Shown: positions 1 through 8,862, counted from the first letter of the stretch. The stretch: 64,000 bases of DNA from Candidatus Pacearchaeota archaeon (GCA_041659265.1 JBAZYP010000009.1:12201-76200); one strand, 5' to 3'. Made by a program: numbers and translations. The notes: generated by a model from the letters alone, not told the origin.

Positions 1-1
1 T

Positions 2-226
2 AAATCAAAACCTGGAACAAATCTTACTTTTGATATAAATGAACTTTACAAGATATCTAAAAAGAACAAATATGAGGGTGGAATAATTAAGATAGATAAT
101 GTTGATAATAAGGTTACGGTTACTCTTGTTTCTGGAAAGGGATATTCTTATAGGTTATTTAGTGATAATGATGTTTTATGGGAATTAGATAAAACTGGAG
201 GCAAACTTCATTTGTTTGTAATTTAA
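2..226 (+). CDS. hypothetical protein, C-terminal fragment (gene starts upstream of window)
   Basis: Frame 2 is open from the window edge to TAA 224-226, abutting the ATG of the next gene. No recognisable motif. Confidence 0.3.
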   Translation, partial: KSKPGTNLTFDINELYKISKKNKYEGGIIKIDNVDNKVTVTLVSGKGYSYRLFSDNDVLWELDKTGGKLHLFVI

Positions 227-691
227 ATGTCAGATAGTACTTATATTTCTCCTGGTCTATTTATAATCTTAGGAATAGTTAGTGTAGGAATTGTCCTAAG
301 TGTAATAATGTTTTTTAGTAATATTGCAGATGTTAGAATTGAAGAATCTAAATCCTTATTAGATCGTGTTGTTGATACCATATCTGATAATGGTTATTTG
401 AAATCTGAAATATTTGAAGAAAATTATAGTCTAATTGAAAATGCAAAATTAAATAATAATCTTTTTGCTGATGGATTTATTTATTTATCTTTAGAAATTT
501 ATAAAATGAATTCCAAAATAAAGGAGATAGATGTAGGAGATAGCGATTATAAAATTCAATGCAGATTAAAAGGAAAACATTATCCAAGATGTTATTATAA
601 GGAATTTATACTCGCAGATAAAAATAATCCTTTAGAAATCTATAAAATAAAGATATTAACTGGATCAAATAATTTGGGGAGTAGTGTATAA
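227..691 (+). CDS. small membrane-anchored protein, pilin-like candidate
   Basis: 154 aa with an N-terminal hydrophobic helix (GLFIILGIVSVGIVLSVIMFF) and a soluble C-terminal part. First of four abutting small genes upstream of a prepilin peptidase gene. Confidence 0.45.
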   Translation: MSDSTYISPGLFIILGIVSVGIVLSVIMFFSNIADVRIEESKSLLDRVVDTISDNGYLKSEIFEENYSLIENAKLNNNLFADGFIYLSLEIYKMNSKIKEIDVGDSDYKIQCRLKGKHYPRCYYKEFILADKNNPLEIYKIKILTGSNNLGSSV

Positions 692-1243
692 ATGTTAAAT
701 AAAAAATCTCAAATAGGTCAAACTCTTACTTTAATTCCTGCAATATTTATAATTTTTTTTATAATGCTTTTATATCTGTTATTTTTTGGATTATTACTTA
801 CTAAAAAATCTGATTATAATGAACAAAATGTTGATATAATTCATGTTCCAATAGATCCTGTTGTTACAAACGTATTTTATTCTTTTTTAAATAGTCATAT
901 AGAATATTTGGGCGAAAATAGAAGCATATATGATTCAATAATTTATTCTATTAATAATCCTAATGAAAAAAATGATAAAGAGCTTATATTTTTAATAAAT
1001 AAAAGGTTAGATTTTTATTGCAATAGATATAGGCTTTTAATTCCTCAGGGTTTTATAGATGAAAAAGGACTCAGAATTCCTACTTATATCGAGAGTCTTG
1101 ATAATTTTGCAGATACAGAGGAGAATCTTGGAAGGTGGACAAGAAGTATAAGTTATAATTTAAAATATAATGAAGAACCAATTGAAATTAAATTTAGAAT
1201 ATTAAAAAGCTGTTTAGGTGAAGGAGAAATTAAAGTTGAATAA
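692..1243 (+). CDS. pilin-like protein (class III signal peptide candidate)
   Basis: The ATG abuts the previous stop. N-terminus MLNKKSQIG-QTLTLIPAIFIIFFIMLL has a short basic leader, a Gly, then a hydrophobic helix. Confidence 0.5.
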   Translation: MLNKKSQIGQTLTLIPAIFIIFFIMLLYLLFFGLLLTKKSDYNEQNVDIIHVPIDPVVTNVFYSFLNSHIEYLGENRSIYDSIIYSINNPNEKNDKELIFLINKRLDFYCNRYRLLIPQGFIDEKGLRIPTYIESLDNFADTEENLGRWTRSISYNLKYNEEPIEIKFRILKSCLGEGEIKVE

Positions 1244-1244
1244 A

Positions 1245-1706
1245 ATGAATAAAAAATCAATGTCAATTTCTATAGTTTTACTTGTAATAATGACATTAGT
1301 ACTTGTTGGAGTTAGTTTAACTTATTTTATTATTAAAGAGAATAATAATCAACAATTACTTCAGGTTTCTAGTAGTATTGATTATCTTTCTATTGAGGAA
1401 AGCCATTTAGATATTACCTTGGATAAGTTATTTTTAGAATCTGTTGTTGGAATCAAAACTCTAGATAGCAAACAGATTTTTATTGATAGATTAAATGAAA
1501 ATATTCCTAAATACCAGGATTATTATTTTTTGAAAAATCTAAATTCAATAAAAGAACAGGTTAAAGAAGAAAATATTGAAATAAATACTGAAGGAATTAA
1601 TTGGAAAGTTGAATTTATTATAGAATCAGTTAAAAATAATCCAAAAAACACGTTAAATGCAAATTATTTATATTCGAGGAAGTTTGAAAAGGTTTTTAAA
1701 GTTTAA
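1245..1706 (+). CDS. pilin-like protein (class III signal peptide candidate)
   Basis: The ORF track starts at GTG 1218. ATG 1245 gives MNKKSMSISIVLLVIMTLVLVGVSL (basic leader plus hydrophobic helix). AGGAG lies at 1222-1226. Confidence 0.5.
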   Translation: MNKKSMSISIVLLVIMTLVLVGVSLTYFIIKENNNQQLLQVSSSIDYLSIEESHLDITLDKLFLESVVGIKTLDSKQIFIDRLNENIPKYQDYYFLKNLNSIKEQVKEENIEINTEGINWKVEFIIESVKNNPKNTLNANYLYSRKFEKVFKV

Positions 1707-1755
1707 TAGGTTTTTAAAATTAAATAGTTTTTATTATGAAAGGAGGTTTATTAAA

Positions 1756-2100
1756 ATGAATAAAAAAGGTGAGGGAGTTAGCATGACTGGAGTTCTAGTT
1801 GCTGTTGTTCTATTAGTAGTTTTAATGGCTATAGTTGTATATGGCTTTACTGTAGGATGGGGCGATTTATGGAACAAAGTTACTGGATTTGGTGGTGGAA
1901 AAGTTAATGTTCAATCTGTAATAGATGCATGCAAGGTATCTTGTTCAACAAATCAAGTTTATGAATATTGCACTAAAACAAGATCTATAACATTTGCTGA
2001 AGCTGGTGAAGCTGAAAAAGGTTTAACATGTAAGACTCTTGAAGCAAGAAGCGCTGGTGCATTAAGTTGTGATACAATAACTTGTCCTGCTCCGGCATAA
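1756..2100 (+). CDS. pilin-like protein with Cys-rich C-terminal domain
   Basis: AGGAGG at 1741-1746 precedes ATG 1756, giving MNKKGEGVSMTGVLVAVVLLVVLMAIV, so track start 1657 is probably too long. Six Cys in the C-terminal half. Confidence 0.55.
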   Translation: MNKKGEGVSMTGVLVAVVLLVVLMAIVVYGFTVGWGDLWNKVTGFGGGKVNVQSVIDACKVSCSTNQVYEYCTKTRSITFAEAGEAEKGLTCKTLEARSAGALSCDTITCPAPA

Positions 2101-2408
2101 TAATATTTTTATTTTTATTTTTTATATATTTTTATTTTTATTAATTAGGAGTTAGAAAAGATTTAAAAATTCTTTTTTGTTTTTAATATTGGAGATTATA
2201 TAAAAAGGGATTAAAAATCTCTTAAGATTTTTAGGATATGCCTAATACTTGAAAAAAAACAATGGATTACGGATATAATGATAGAAGAAAAACAAAGAAT
2301 GACAAGAGAGCTAAATCTAGATATAATAAGTATAAGAAAGGCGGAAGTCTACGAGTTCAAAATAAAGATCGAGATAAAAACTGTTGATATCTAAAAAGAG
2401 GTTTATAT

Positions 2409-3257
2409 ATGGGATTTAATCCTGAATTATTGTTTTTAATTGTACTCGCTTTAATATGGATAATTGGAGCCATATTACAAGATTTAAAACGAAGAGAAGT
2501 AGATAATATCTGGAATTTTTCTTTAATTGCTTTTGCATTATCTTATAGGTTTTTTGTATCTATATTTCAAGAAAATCCCTGGTTTTTTTTTAATGGAATA
2601 ATTGGTTTTTTTGTATTTTTGATCTTAGGAAATGTATTTTATTATTCTAGACTTTTTGCAGGAGGAGATGCAAAACTTTTGATTTCTCTTGGAACTATTT
2701 TACCATTAAGTTATGATTGGATTATAAATGCAAAGATATTTTTGATATTTATAATTGGTTTTCTTGTTTGCGGGTCTATATATGCCTTAAGTTGGTCTTT
2801 AGTTTTAGTAATTTTAAATTTTAAGAGATTTTTTAAGGAATTTGTTAAACAATCTAAAAATTATAAAAGATTTTATTTAATATCTATATTTTTTGCTAGC
2901 ATCTGGATAATTTTAACTTTAATTTTTCTAGATAAAATATTTTTATTTATAGGATTAATTATAGTTTTATTTCCAATTTTATTTGTATTTGCAAAATCTG
3001 TTGAAGAAAGCTGCATGATAATACCCACTAGCCCTTTGAAAGTAACTGAAGGGGACTGGTTATATGAAGATATACTAGTTGGAGATAAAAGAATTAAAGC
3101 AAGTTGGGAAGGAATTTCAAACAAGGAATTAAAATTAATACAAACCAAATATAAGAAAAAAATACTAATAAAACAAGGGATTCCATTTACCCCTAGTTTT
3201 TTATTTGGATTTTTAATAATACTTTTTCTTTTATTTAAAAATAATTTTTATATCTAA
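2409..3257 (+). CDS. prepilin/preflagellin peptidase (peptidase family A24, PibD/FlaK-like)
   Basis: Polytopic membrane protein with an Asp after TM1 (ILQDLKRREVDN) and the second catalytic motif FAGGDAKLLISLG (GxGD type). Lies directly downstream of the pilin-like genes. Confidence 0.75.
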   Translation: MGFNPELLFLIVLALIWIIGAILQDLKRREVDNIWNFSLIAFALSYRFFVSIFQENPWFFFNGIIGFFVFLILGNVFYYSRLFAGGDAKLLISLGTILPLSYDWIINAKIFLIFIIGFLVCGSIYALSWSLVLVILNFKRFFKEFVKQSKNYKRFYLISIFFASIWIILTLIFLDKIFLFIGLIIVLFPILFVFAKSVEESCMIIPTSPLKVTEGDWLYEDILVGDKRIKASWEGISNKELKLIQTKYKKKILIKQGIPFTPSFLFGFLIILFLLFKNNFYI

Positions 3258-3293
3258 CAAATAATTTAAATAACCTCAAAAGCTTATATAATC

Positions 3294-3569
3294 ATGAAAA
3301 AAAAGAGGAGTTTAAACAAGAATCATAATACAAAAGAAATAAATTTTAATAGTACTCTTTATGCACTTAAAATTTCTTCATTAGTTTTATTATTTAGCGT
3401 ATTTTTATTAATTATTACATTGTTTAATCTAGGATTTTCTTTAGATCAGATTTTAAGAACTTTATTTAGAAAACCTAGTGGCAATGATTTTTTAGCAATA
3501 TTTGCAGGTTCTATACTTTTTATTGTTGTACCTTTTGTTTTAGGCGTAAAAGCAAATAATAAATTTTAA
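3294..3569 (+). CDS. small membrane protein, unknown function
   Basis: 91 aa with a basic N-terminus and two predicted TM helices. Confidence 0.4.
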   Translation: MKKKRSLNKNHNTKEINFNSTLYALKISSLVLLFSVFLLIITLFNLGFSLDQILRTLFRKPSGNDFLAIFAGSILFIVVPFVLGVKANNKF

Positions 3570-3587
3570 GAATTTTTAGATTAATTT

Positions 3588-4250
3588 TTAAGGTATTCTA
3601 AAATCTTTTATCTTTGGTAATTTTGATATATCTTCTTTATTTGGGATATATTCTATTTCTTTTTCTTTTTCTTGTGTTTTTCTTTTTTTCCTTAGTTTTA
3701 CTTCAAGTTTATCTTGTAAAAGTTTTAATTCATTATCTTCTAATTTAATTTTTTTTAATGGTTCTTTGTAAATGGGTATTATGTTTATCATTGCATGACC
3801 CATAAGATTGGAGGTTTCTATTTTGATATCTTCTGGTTTAAATTTTTTCTTAATTCTATTTGCTATCTTTTGAGATAGGGACATTGCATTTTTTGGTATT
3901 TTTTCTGTTGGTATGTGTTTTAAAGGTAAAACTATTGAATGACCTCTTGACAAGGGGTTTATTTCTAGAATCGCAATAGATTTTTTATTTTCATCTATTT
4001 TATAGGAAGGAACTTCGTTATTTATTATTGAACAAAAGATACATTTTGGAGGACTAGAAGATTTTTCTTTATCTGCAGATTCTTTTTCATTCATCTGAAT
4101 ATTATTTTTTTTAAGAAATTCTTCTAGTTGTTCTTCATTTAAACCTTCTATATATTTTTTTATTTGATCCTTGTTCTCATTAGGAAGGCTTTCTACTTGA
4201 ATTAATAATTGCTTTTTTATATCTTCAGCTTCTTCTTTTGAAAATACCAT
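3588..4250 (-). CDS. HIT-fold protein with degenerate histidine triad
   Basis: CIFCSII...NPLSRGHSIVLPLKHI matches HIT core motifs. The triad position reads GHAMINIIP instead of HxHxHxx. Carries an acidic N-terminal extension and a K-rich tail. Confidence 0.55.
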   Translation of the reverse strand: MVFSKEEAEDIKKQLLIQVESLPNENKDQIKKYIEGLNEEQLEEFLKKNNIQMNEKESADKEKSSSPPKCIFCSIINNEVPSYKIDENKKSIAILEINPLSRGHSIVLPLKHIPTEKIPKNAMSLSQKIANRIKKKFKPEDIKIETSNLMGHAMINIIPIYKEPLKKIKLEDNELKLLQDKLEVKLRKKRKTQEKEKEIEYIPNKEDISKLPKIKDFRIP

Positions 4251-4308
4251 TGGCTATATAAGAATAAAAGGGTTTAAAATATTATGGTAGTATCTAATAA
4301 AGTTAATT

Positions 4309-4827
4309 TTATTTTTTATATTTTCTTAAAATAAAATCTGGAGTGTAATTATTTTTTAAATAAAAATTCTGTATATTTTTGGGCAGTAATCTGAATTGAT
4401 CGATTAAACCTCTGCAATTTTTTGAACCACATTTGCATTTACATGTCCATAATCCTCCTCCGGATTTTTTTATTTTTTCTTCATTATCATCCATTGTCGT
4501 AGAATAATCATAGGTAATCTCATCTCCCCTATTTATATCTCTTAATGCTTTTAATTTAGATTTTTTTGAGAGATATGCATTTGGATTACATGAATGATTA
4601 AATGTTCTTGATAGTTCATCTAAATCCAGATATTTTTCATTATCTACACCTAAGGGGTCTGCACCATCTTCAAGATTTTCATCAGTTCTTCTTATCATTT
4701 CATTTAAATCCATTAATTCTCCCCTTAAGAAACAAATTGTTTTTCCTTTTTTAATTGAAATTCTAGCATAAACTCCTTTTCCAGAAATACCTGATTTTTT
4801 AATTATTAAATCTGATTTTTTCACCAT
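4309..4827 (-). CDS. SET-domain protein (lysine methyltransferase-like) with post-SET Cys cluster
   Basis: Contains GKGVYA, FNHSCNPNA and EITYDYS motifs, plus a C-terminal CKCKCGSKNC cluster. Confidence 0.75.
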   Translation of the reverse strand: MVKKSDLIIKKSGISGKGVYARISIKKGKTICFLRGELMDLNEMIRRTDENLEDGADPLGVDNEKYLDLDELSRTFNHSCNPNAYLSKKSKLKALRDINRGDEITYDYSTTMDDNEEKIKKSGGGLWTCKCKCGSKNCRGLIDQFRLLPKNIQNFYLKNNYTPDFILRKYKK

Positions 4828-4957
4828 AAAATAAAGAAAAGAATAATCTATATAAAAATCTAACTTAAAAATTTATTTTAAAAAAATAAGAATATTAACT
4901 AATTATCCAATTGCTCTACCTCGCAATTGTGTAATCACAATGAAGAATATTAGCTAA

Positions 4958-5230
4958 TTATCCTATCGCTCGTCTAAAATCTATAACTTCAGCAGAACTT
5001 ACATTTTTGAATTCTTGGATGGCATCAATTGTAGGATCTATTGAGATTTCTTCTTCCCAAGAAATCATTGCAATAACTGCAATAAGGCCAAAAGCAATTG
5101 GTTCTCTTTCAAACTTTATACTTTTACTTCCTTGTTTTTCTAGAAGTTCTCTAGTTTTTGTTTCTATATTATCTAAATCTGCTTGAGGTGAGTCAGGCAT
5201 AATTTTAATTTTAATTAATGCAAGTGCCAT
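4958..5230 (-). CDS. ef1b: translation elongation factor aEF-1 beta
   Basis: 90 aa. The IKIMPDSP...IAFGLIAVIAMISWEE... pattern and size are typical of archaeal EF-1beta. Confidence 0.75.
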   Translation of the reverse strand: MALALIKIKIMPDSPQADLDNIETKTRELLEKQGSKSIKFEREPIAFGLIAVIAMISWEEEISIDPTIDAIQEFKNVSSAEVIDFRRAIG

Positions 5231-5442
5231 AGCTTAGAAAGGATTATTTTTGTTTATAAAGGTTTCTAATTGCAAATTTTGTTAAGAATTAGTAGATTTT
5301 ATCATTTAATCAATTTTAGAAACAAAATATCTTATTTTAGATATAGAACAATTGCTTAAACTTCCATGTTAAATCTATAGTTTTAAACCACAATCATTAT
5401 AAAGGATATTTTTTTAAAGAGGTTAGGAAAAAGGAGAGATAT

Positions 5443-6375
5443 ATGGACACTAATTATCAATCAGTAATAGATTTTATTTCTGAAAAATCTGGGATTTCTA
5501 AAGAAGAGATTGAAAAGAAGATTGAAGCAAAGCAATCTAAATTAGCAGGGCTTATTTCTAAAGTTGGAGCAGCACAAATTGTTGCAGCTGAACTAAATGT
5601 AAGTTTTGATAAACAGAGTATTAAAATTTCTCAAATTGTTCCTGGAATAAAAAAGATAAATATTACTGGAAAAATTATAACTCTTTTTCCAATAAGGGAA
5701 TATAATAAAAATGGCAGAGCAGGCAGAATTGGCAGTTTTATCTTAGCAGATGAAACAAGCAATGTAAGGGTGGTTTTATGGGATGAAAACCATATTGAAC
5801 TAATCAGCAAGGGAGATATAGCCACTAATAAAGTAATTGATATTGAAAATGCAACATTAAGAAATGGGGAAATTCATTTGACTTCTTTTTCTGAAATAAA
5901 AATTTCCAATAAATCTCTTGATAGTGTAATTGTTGATAAACCTAAGGTGAACAAGAAAATAGCACATTTTAATCCTAATGATAATGTTTTAACAAGAGCA
6001 TTTATTGTTCAATTTTTTGAACCACGTTTTTTTGAAATATGCCCTGCATGCAAAAAAAAGGTCAGTGAAACTAAAGAATGCCTTACACATGGTAAAGTTG
6101 TATCTGAAAGAAGGGCTTTATTAAATTTTGTTATTGATGACGGGACTGAATCTATAAGATCAGTTGTATTTTCTGATCAGATATCTAAAATTATGCCTGG
6201 AATAGATATTTCTGATTCTCAAGCATTTTCATTAAAAAAATCAGATTTACTAGGGAAAGAACTTATAATTCATGGACAGGTAAGAAGAAATACTGTTTAT
6301 AATAATAATGAATTTGTTGTAACTGATTTTGAAGAGATTGATTTAAACAAACTTATTCAAGAACTTGAAAATTAG
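5443..6375 (+). CDS. rpa: replication protein A (RPA/RFA, OB-fold ssDNA-binding protein with zinc motif)
   Basis: N-terminal helical domain (LISKVGAAQIVAAELNV), OB-fold signature (GRIGSFILADETSNVRVVLWDE) and zinc motif CPACKKKVSETKECLTHG. AGGAGAG lies upstream. Confidence 0.7.
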   Translation: MDTNYQSVIDFISEKSGISKEEIEKKIEAKQSKLAGLISKVGAAQIVAAELNVSFDKQSIKISQIVPGIKKINITGKIITLFPIREYNKNGRAGRIGSFILADETSNVRVVLWDENHIELISKGDIATNKVIDIENATLRNGEIHLTSFSEIKISNKSLDSVIVDKPKVNKKIAHFNPNDNVLTRAFIVQFFEPRFFEICPACKKKVSETKECLTHGKVVSERRALLNFVIDDGTESIRSVVFSDQISKIMPGIDISDSQAFSLKKSDLLGKELIIHGQVRRNTVYNNNEFVVTDFEEIDLNKLIQELEN

Positions 6376-6384
6376 ATTAATAAA

Positions 6385-6534
6385 TCAGTATTCTAGTTTT
6401 TGATACAATCCTTTTCTTGCCCACTCTTTCATAGAGTTTCTATTGAATCCTTTTAGATATCCTAGAACGAACATTTCTTTAGGATCTAAAATCTCATTCA
6501 AAATTTCTATTTCTTCAATTTCTTGTTTATTCAT
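6385..6534 (-). CDS. small hypothetical protein (49 aa), not in ORF track
   Basis: ATG at 6534 preceded by a strong SD (AAGGAGGA, 6-nt spacer). Translation MNKQEIEEIEILNEILDPKEMFVLGYLKGFNRNSMKEWARKGLYQKLEY. Confidence 0.45.
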   Translation of the reverse strand: MNKQEIEEIEILNEILDPKEMFVLGYLKGFNRNSMKEWARKGLYQKLEY

Positions 6535-6666
6535 TTTTTCCTCCTTGTTATTTAATATAAAGCGATTAAGGTGCTTTATTGTAAATCAGTTAAGATATTA
6601 GCTTATAAAGCAATTAGGAAGGAATTATTCAGAAGAACGATTCATAAGACTTATAAATGGATTTTA

Positions 6667-7423
6667 ATGCCTAATATTATGGTTATTAGCCTATCTATTG
6701 GAGATTTTTATGGAATTGATTCTTTTGTTGAATTATTAATTGTAGTAGTCGCATTGATAATTTTTTTTTTATAGCAGAAAAGTATACAAAATAATTAATA
6801 ATAAAAATTATAAATATTTTTCATTCGCATTTTTATCAATCGCAATAGCTTATATTTTTAAGATATTGTCCAATTTAACAATAAAACATGTACTTATAAT
6901 AGAAAAAGCTAATCTCATATTTACTTTTACTTCTCAGATGAGATATATGGAAGCTATTAATTTTTTTAGTTATATGTTTTATAAAACTTTTAGTGTTATT
7001 GGATTTTTGATATTATTTTTAATTTTAACTAAGACTGATAAAAAGGAAAAGGTTTTTATGTTTTTTTATATGAGTCTTATTGTTGTATTTTTTAGTGTAT
7101 ATTATAATTTTATTTTTCATATGACTCTTATACTTATCCTTGTATTTTTAACTGAACATTATTATAGAAACTATTGCAAATTCAAATCTTTTAATAGCCG
7201 ACTTGTATTTTTTGCATTTTCGATAATTTTAATATCACAAATAATTTTTGTTCTTTCAGTTATCTTTTCAAAGTTTTATAGTGTGTTTTACTTATTTGGT
7301 GAAATACTTTTACTTATAGGATTTTTTTGTCTTTTAATAAATCAGATCAAATTAAAAAATGAAACAAAAACGAACAAGATTAGAAGTCGTAAGAGATCTT
7401 TTAGAAGTGCTTCAAAAAAATAG
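6667..7423 (+). pseudogene. polytopic membrane protein interrupted by frameshift in T10 tract (or assembly error)
   Basis: Frame 1 (ATG 6667) ends at TAG 6772-6774, just after T10 at 6761-6770. Frame 2 is open from 6761 and runs into ORF 6866..7423. One fewer T fuses both into a single multi-TM protein. Confidence 0.45.
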
Positions 7424-7628
7424 ACAAGTGAAAATAACTCACTTAATCTATAAAGCAAATCTTTCTAACAATAGTATCAAACCTTATTTAGAAGATCTTT
7501 TGAAAAATAAATTAATGGAGCAATATAGCGAAGAAGATAATCGATATTTTAGATTAACAAAAAAGGGACAGGAATTTTTACAAGAATTCAATAAGATAAA
7601 GATTTTCTCAGAGAGTTATGGATTATAA
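7359..7628 (+). CDS. winged-helix DNA-binding protein
   Basis: 89 aa. LEVVRDLLEVLQKNRQVKITHLIYKANLSNNSIKPYLEDLLKNKLMEQ...YFRLTKKGQEFL fits a wHTH pattern. Overlaps the upstream ORF by 65 nt. Confidence 0.6.
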   Translation: MKQKRTRLEVVRDLLEVLQKNRQVKITHLIYKANLSNNSIKPYLEDLLKNKLMEQYSEEDNRYFRLTKKGQEFLQEFNKIKIFSESYGL

Positions 7629-7843
7629 AACATTCGCTATAAGCGAGATAAGAATGATTCGCAATCTAAAATTAATTTAGATTGCTCATTTAATAAGATT
7701 TTAAGAAATTCTAAATGGTATTAAGAAATTAATTTATAATAGATTCTATCGCATAAGCGAGATAATCTTATGTTTATTGTTTTTTTTCATAATATATAAC
7801 CCAGAGGGGTAATCCTTATAAAGAAATTCATTTTTTAGTTAAG

Positions 7844-8862
7844 ATGGTTGTGGAAAAGAGATTGATGAAAGTGAATCTAAGAAAAAGAAGTCTAAGAAAA
7901 AAGAAGAGGTAAAGGAAACTAAACTTTCTGATCTTCCTGGAATAGGTCCTGCTGCACAGGAAAAACTTGAAGCTGCAGGAATCTTTGATGTTATGGGTAT
8001 TGCAGTTCTTGGACCTAAAGAATTATCTGAACTCGCTGGATTAGGCGAAGCTGTTGCAAGAAAGGTTATTCAAGCTGCAAGAAAGGTTATGGACCTTGGA
8101 TTTCAAGATGGATTAGAATTCGCTGAAAAAAGAGAAGAAGTATTTTTTATTACTACTGGAAGCAAGGAATTAGACAATCTTCTTGGGGGAAAGGGTGTTG
8201 AAACAAAAGCTATTACTGAAGCATTTGGGAGTTATGGAAGTGGAAAGACTCAATTAGGGTTGTCTTTAGCTGTTAATGTTCAGATGCCTTTAGAAAAAGG
8301 TGGGGCTGAAGGAAAGGCAGTTTATATTGACACTGAAGGAACTTTTAGGCCTGAAAGAATAAGACAAATTGCTGAATCAAAGGGAGCTAACCCTGAAAAT
8401 GTTTTAAAAAATATTCTTGTTGCAAGAGCATTTAATTCAGATCATCAGATTTTATTAATAGATAAAGTTGGTGAATTAATTAAAGGTGGAGAGCCTATAA
8501 GGATTGTTATTGTAGATTCTTTAACTGCTCATTTTAGGGCTGAATTTGCTGGAAGAGGGCAACTTGCAGATAGGCAGCAGAAATTAAATAAATATCTTCA
8601 CAATCTAATGAAAATTGCAGAACAATTTAATTTGGCAGTTTATGTAACAAATCAGGTCATGGCTAATCCTGCTATGATGTTTGGAGATCCTACGACAGCA
8701 ATAGGTGGAAATATTGTAGGTCATGCATCGACTTTTAGAATGTATATAAGAAAGGGAAAGAAAACTTCAAGAGTAGCTAAATTAATAGATAGTCCTAATC
8801 TTCCTGATAATGAGTGTATATTTTTTGTTGGTGCAAAGGGTGTTTGTGACGACGAAGAATAA
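7844..8862 (+). CDS. radA: DNA repair and recombination protein RadA (apparent frameshift in N-terminal region)
   Basis: Walker A GSYGSGKTQ, Walker B IVIVDSL and an ATPase core run from 7993. The HhH domain KLSDLPGIGPAAQEKLEAAGI is encoded in the same frame upstream (from 7843) with no in-frame ATG/GTG/TTG. ATG 7844 is in the adjacent frame. Confidence 0.85.

Noticed and set aside
2262-2387. 41-aa very basic ORF (MDYGYNDRRKTKNDKRAKSRYNKYKKGGSLRVQNKDRDKNC) between the pilin-like cluster and the peptidase gene
   Set aside because: It has no SD or obvious promoter and no recognisable family, and its composition fits random A-rich sequence. Kept only as a possibility.
2873-3148. Minus-strand or overlapping ORFs inside housekeeping genes (2873..3148, 5631..5825, 8903..9103, 11955..12200, 17499..17792, 23149..23358, 30271..30468, 33417..33608, 34445..34663, 29321..29518)
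   Set aside because: Each overlaps a gene with clear family motifs or clear signal/TM architecture on the other strand, and none has a recognisable domain.
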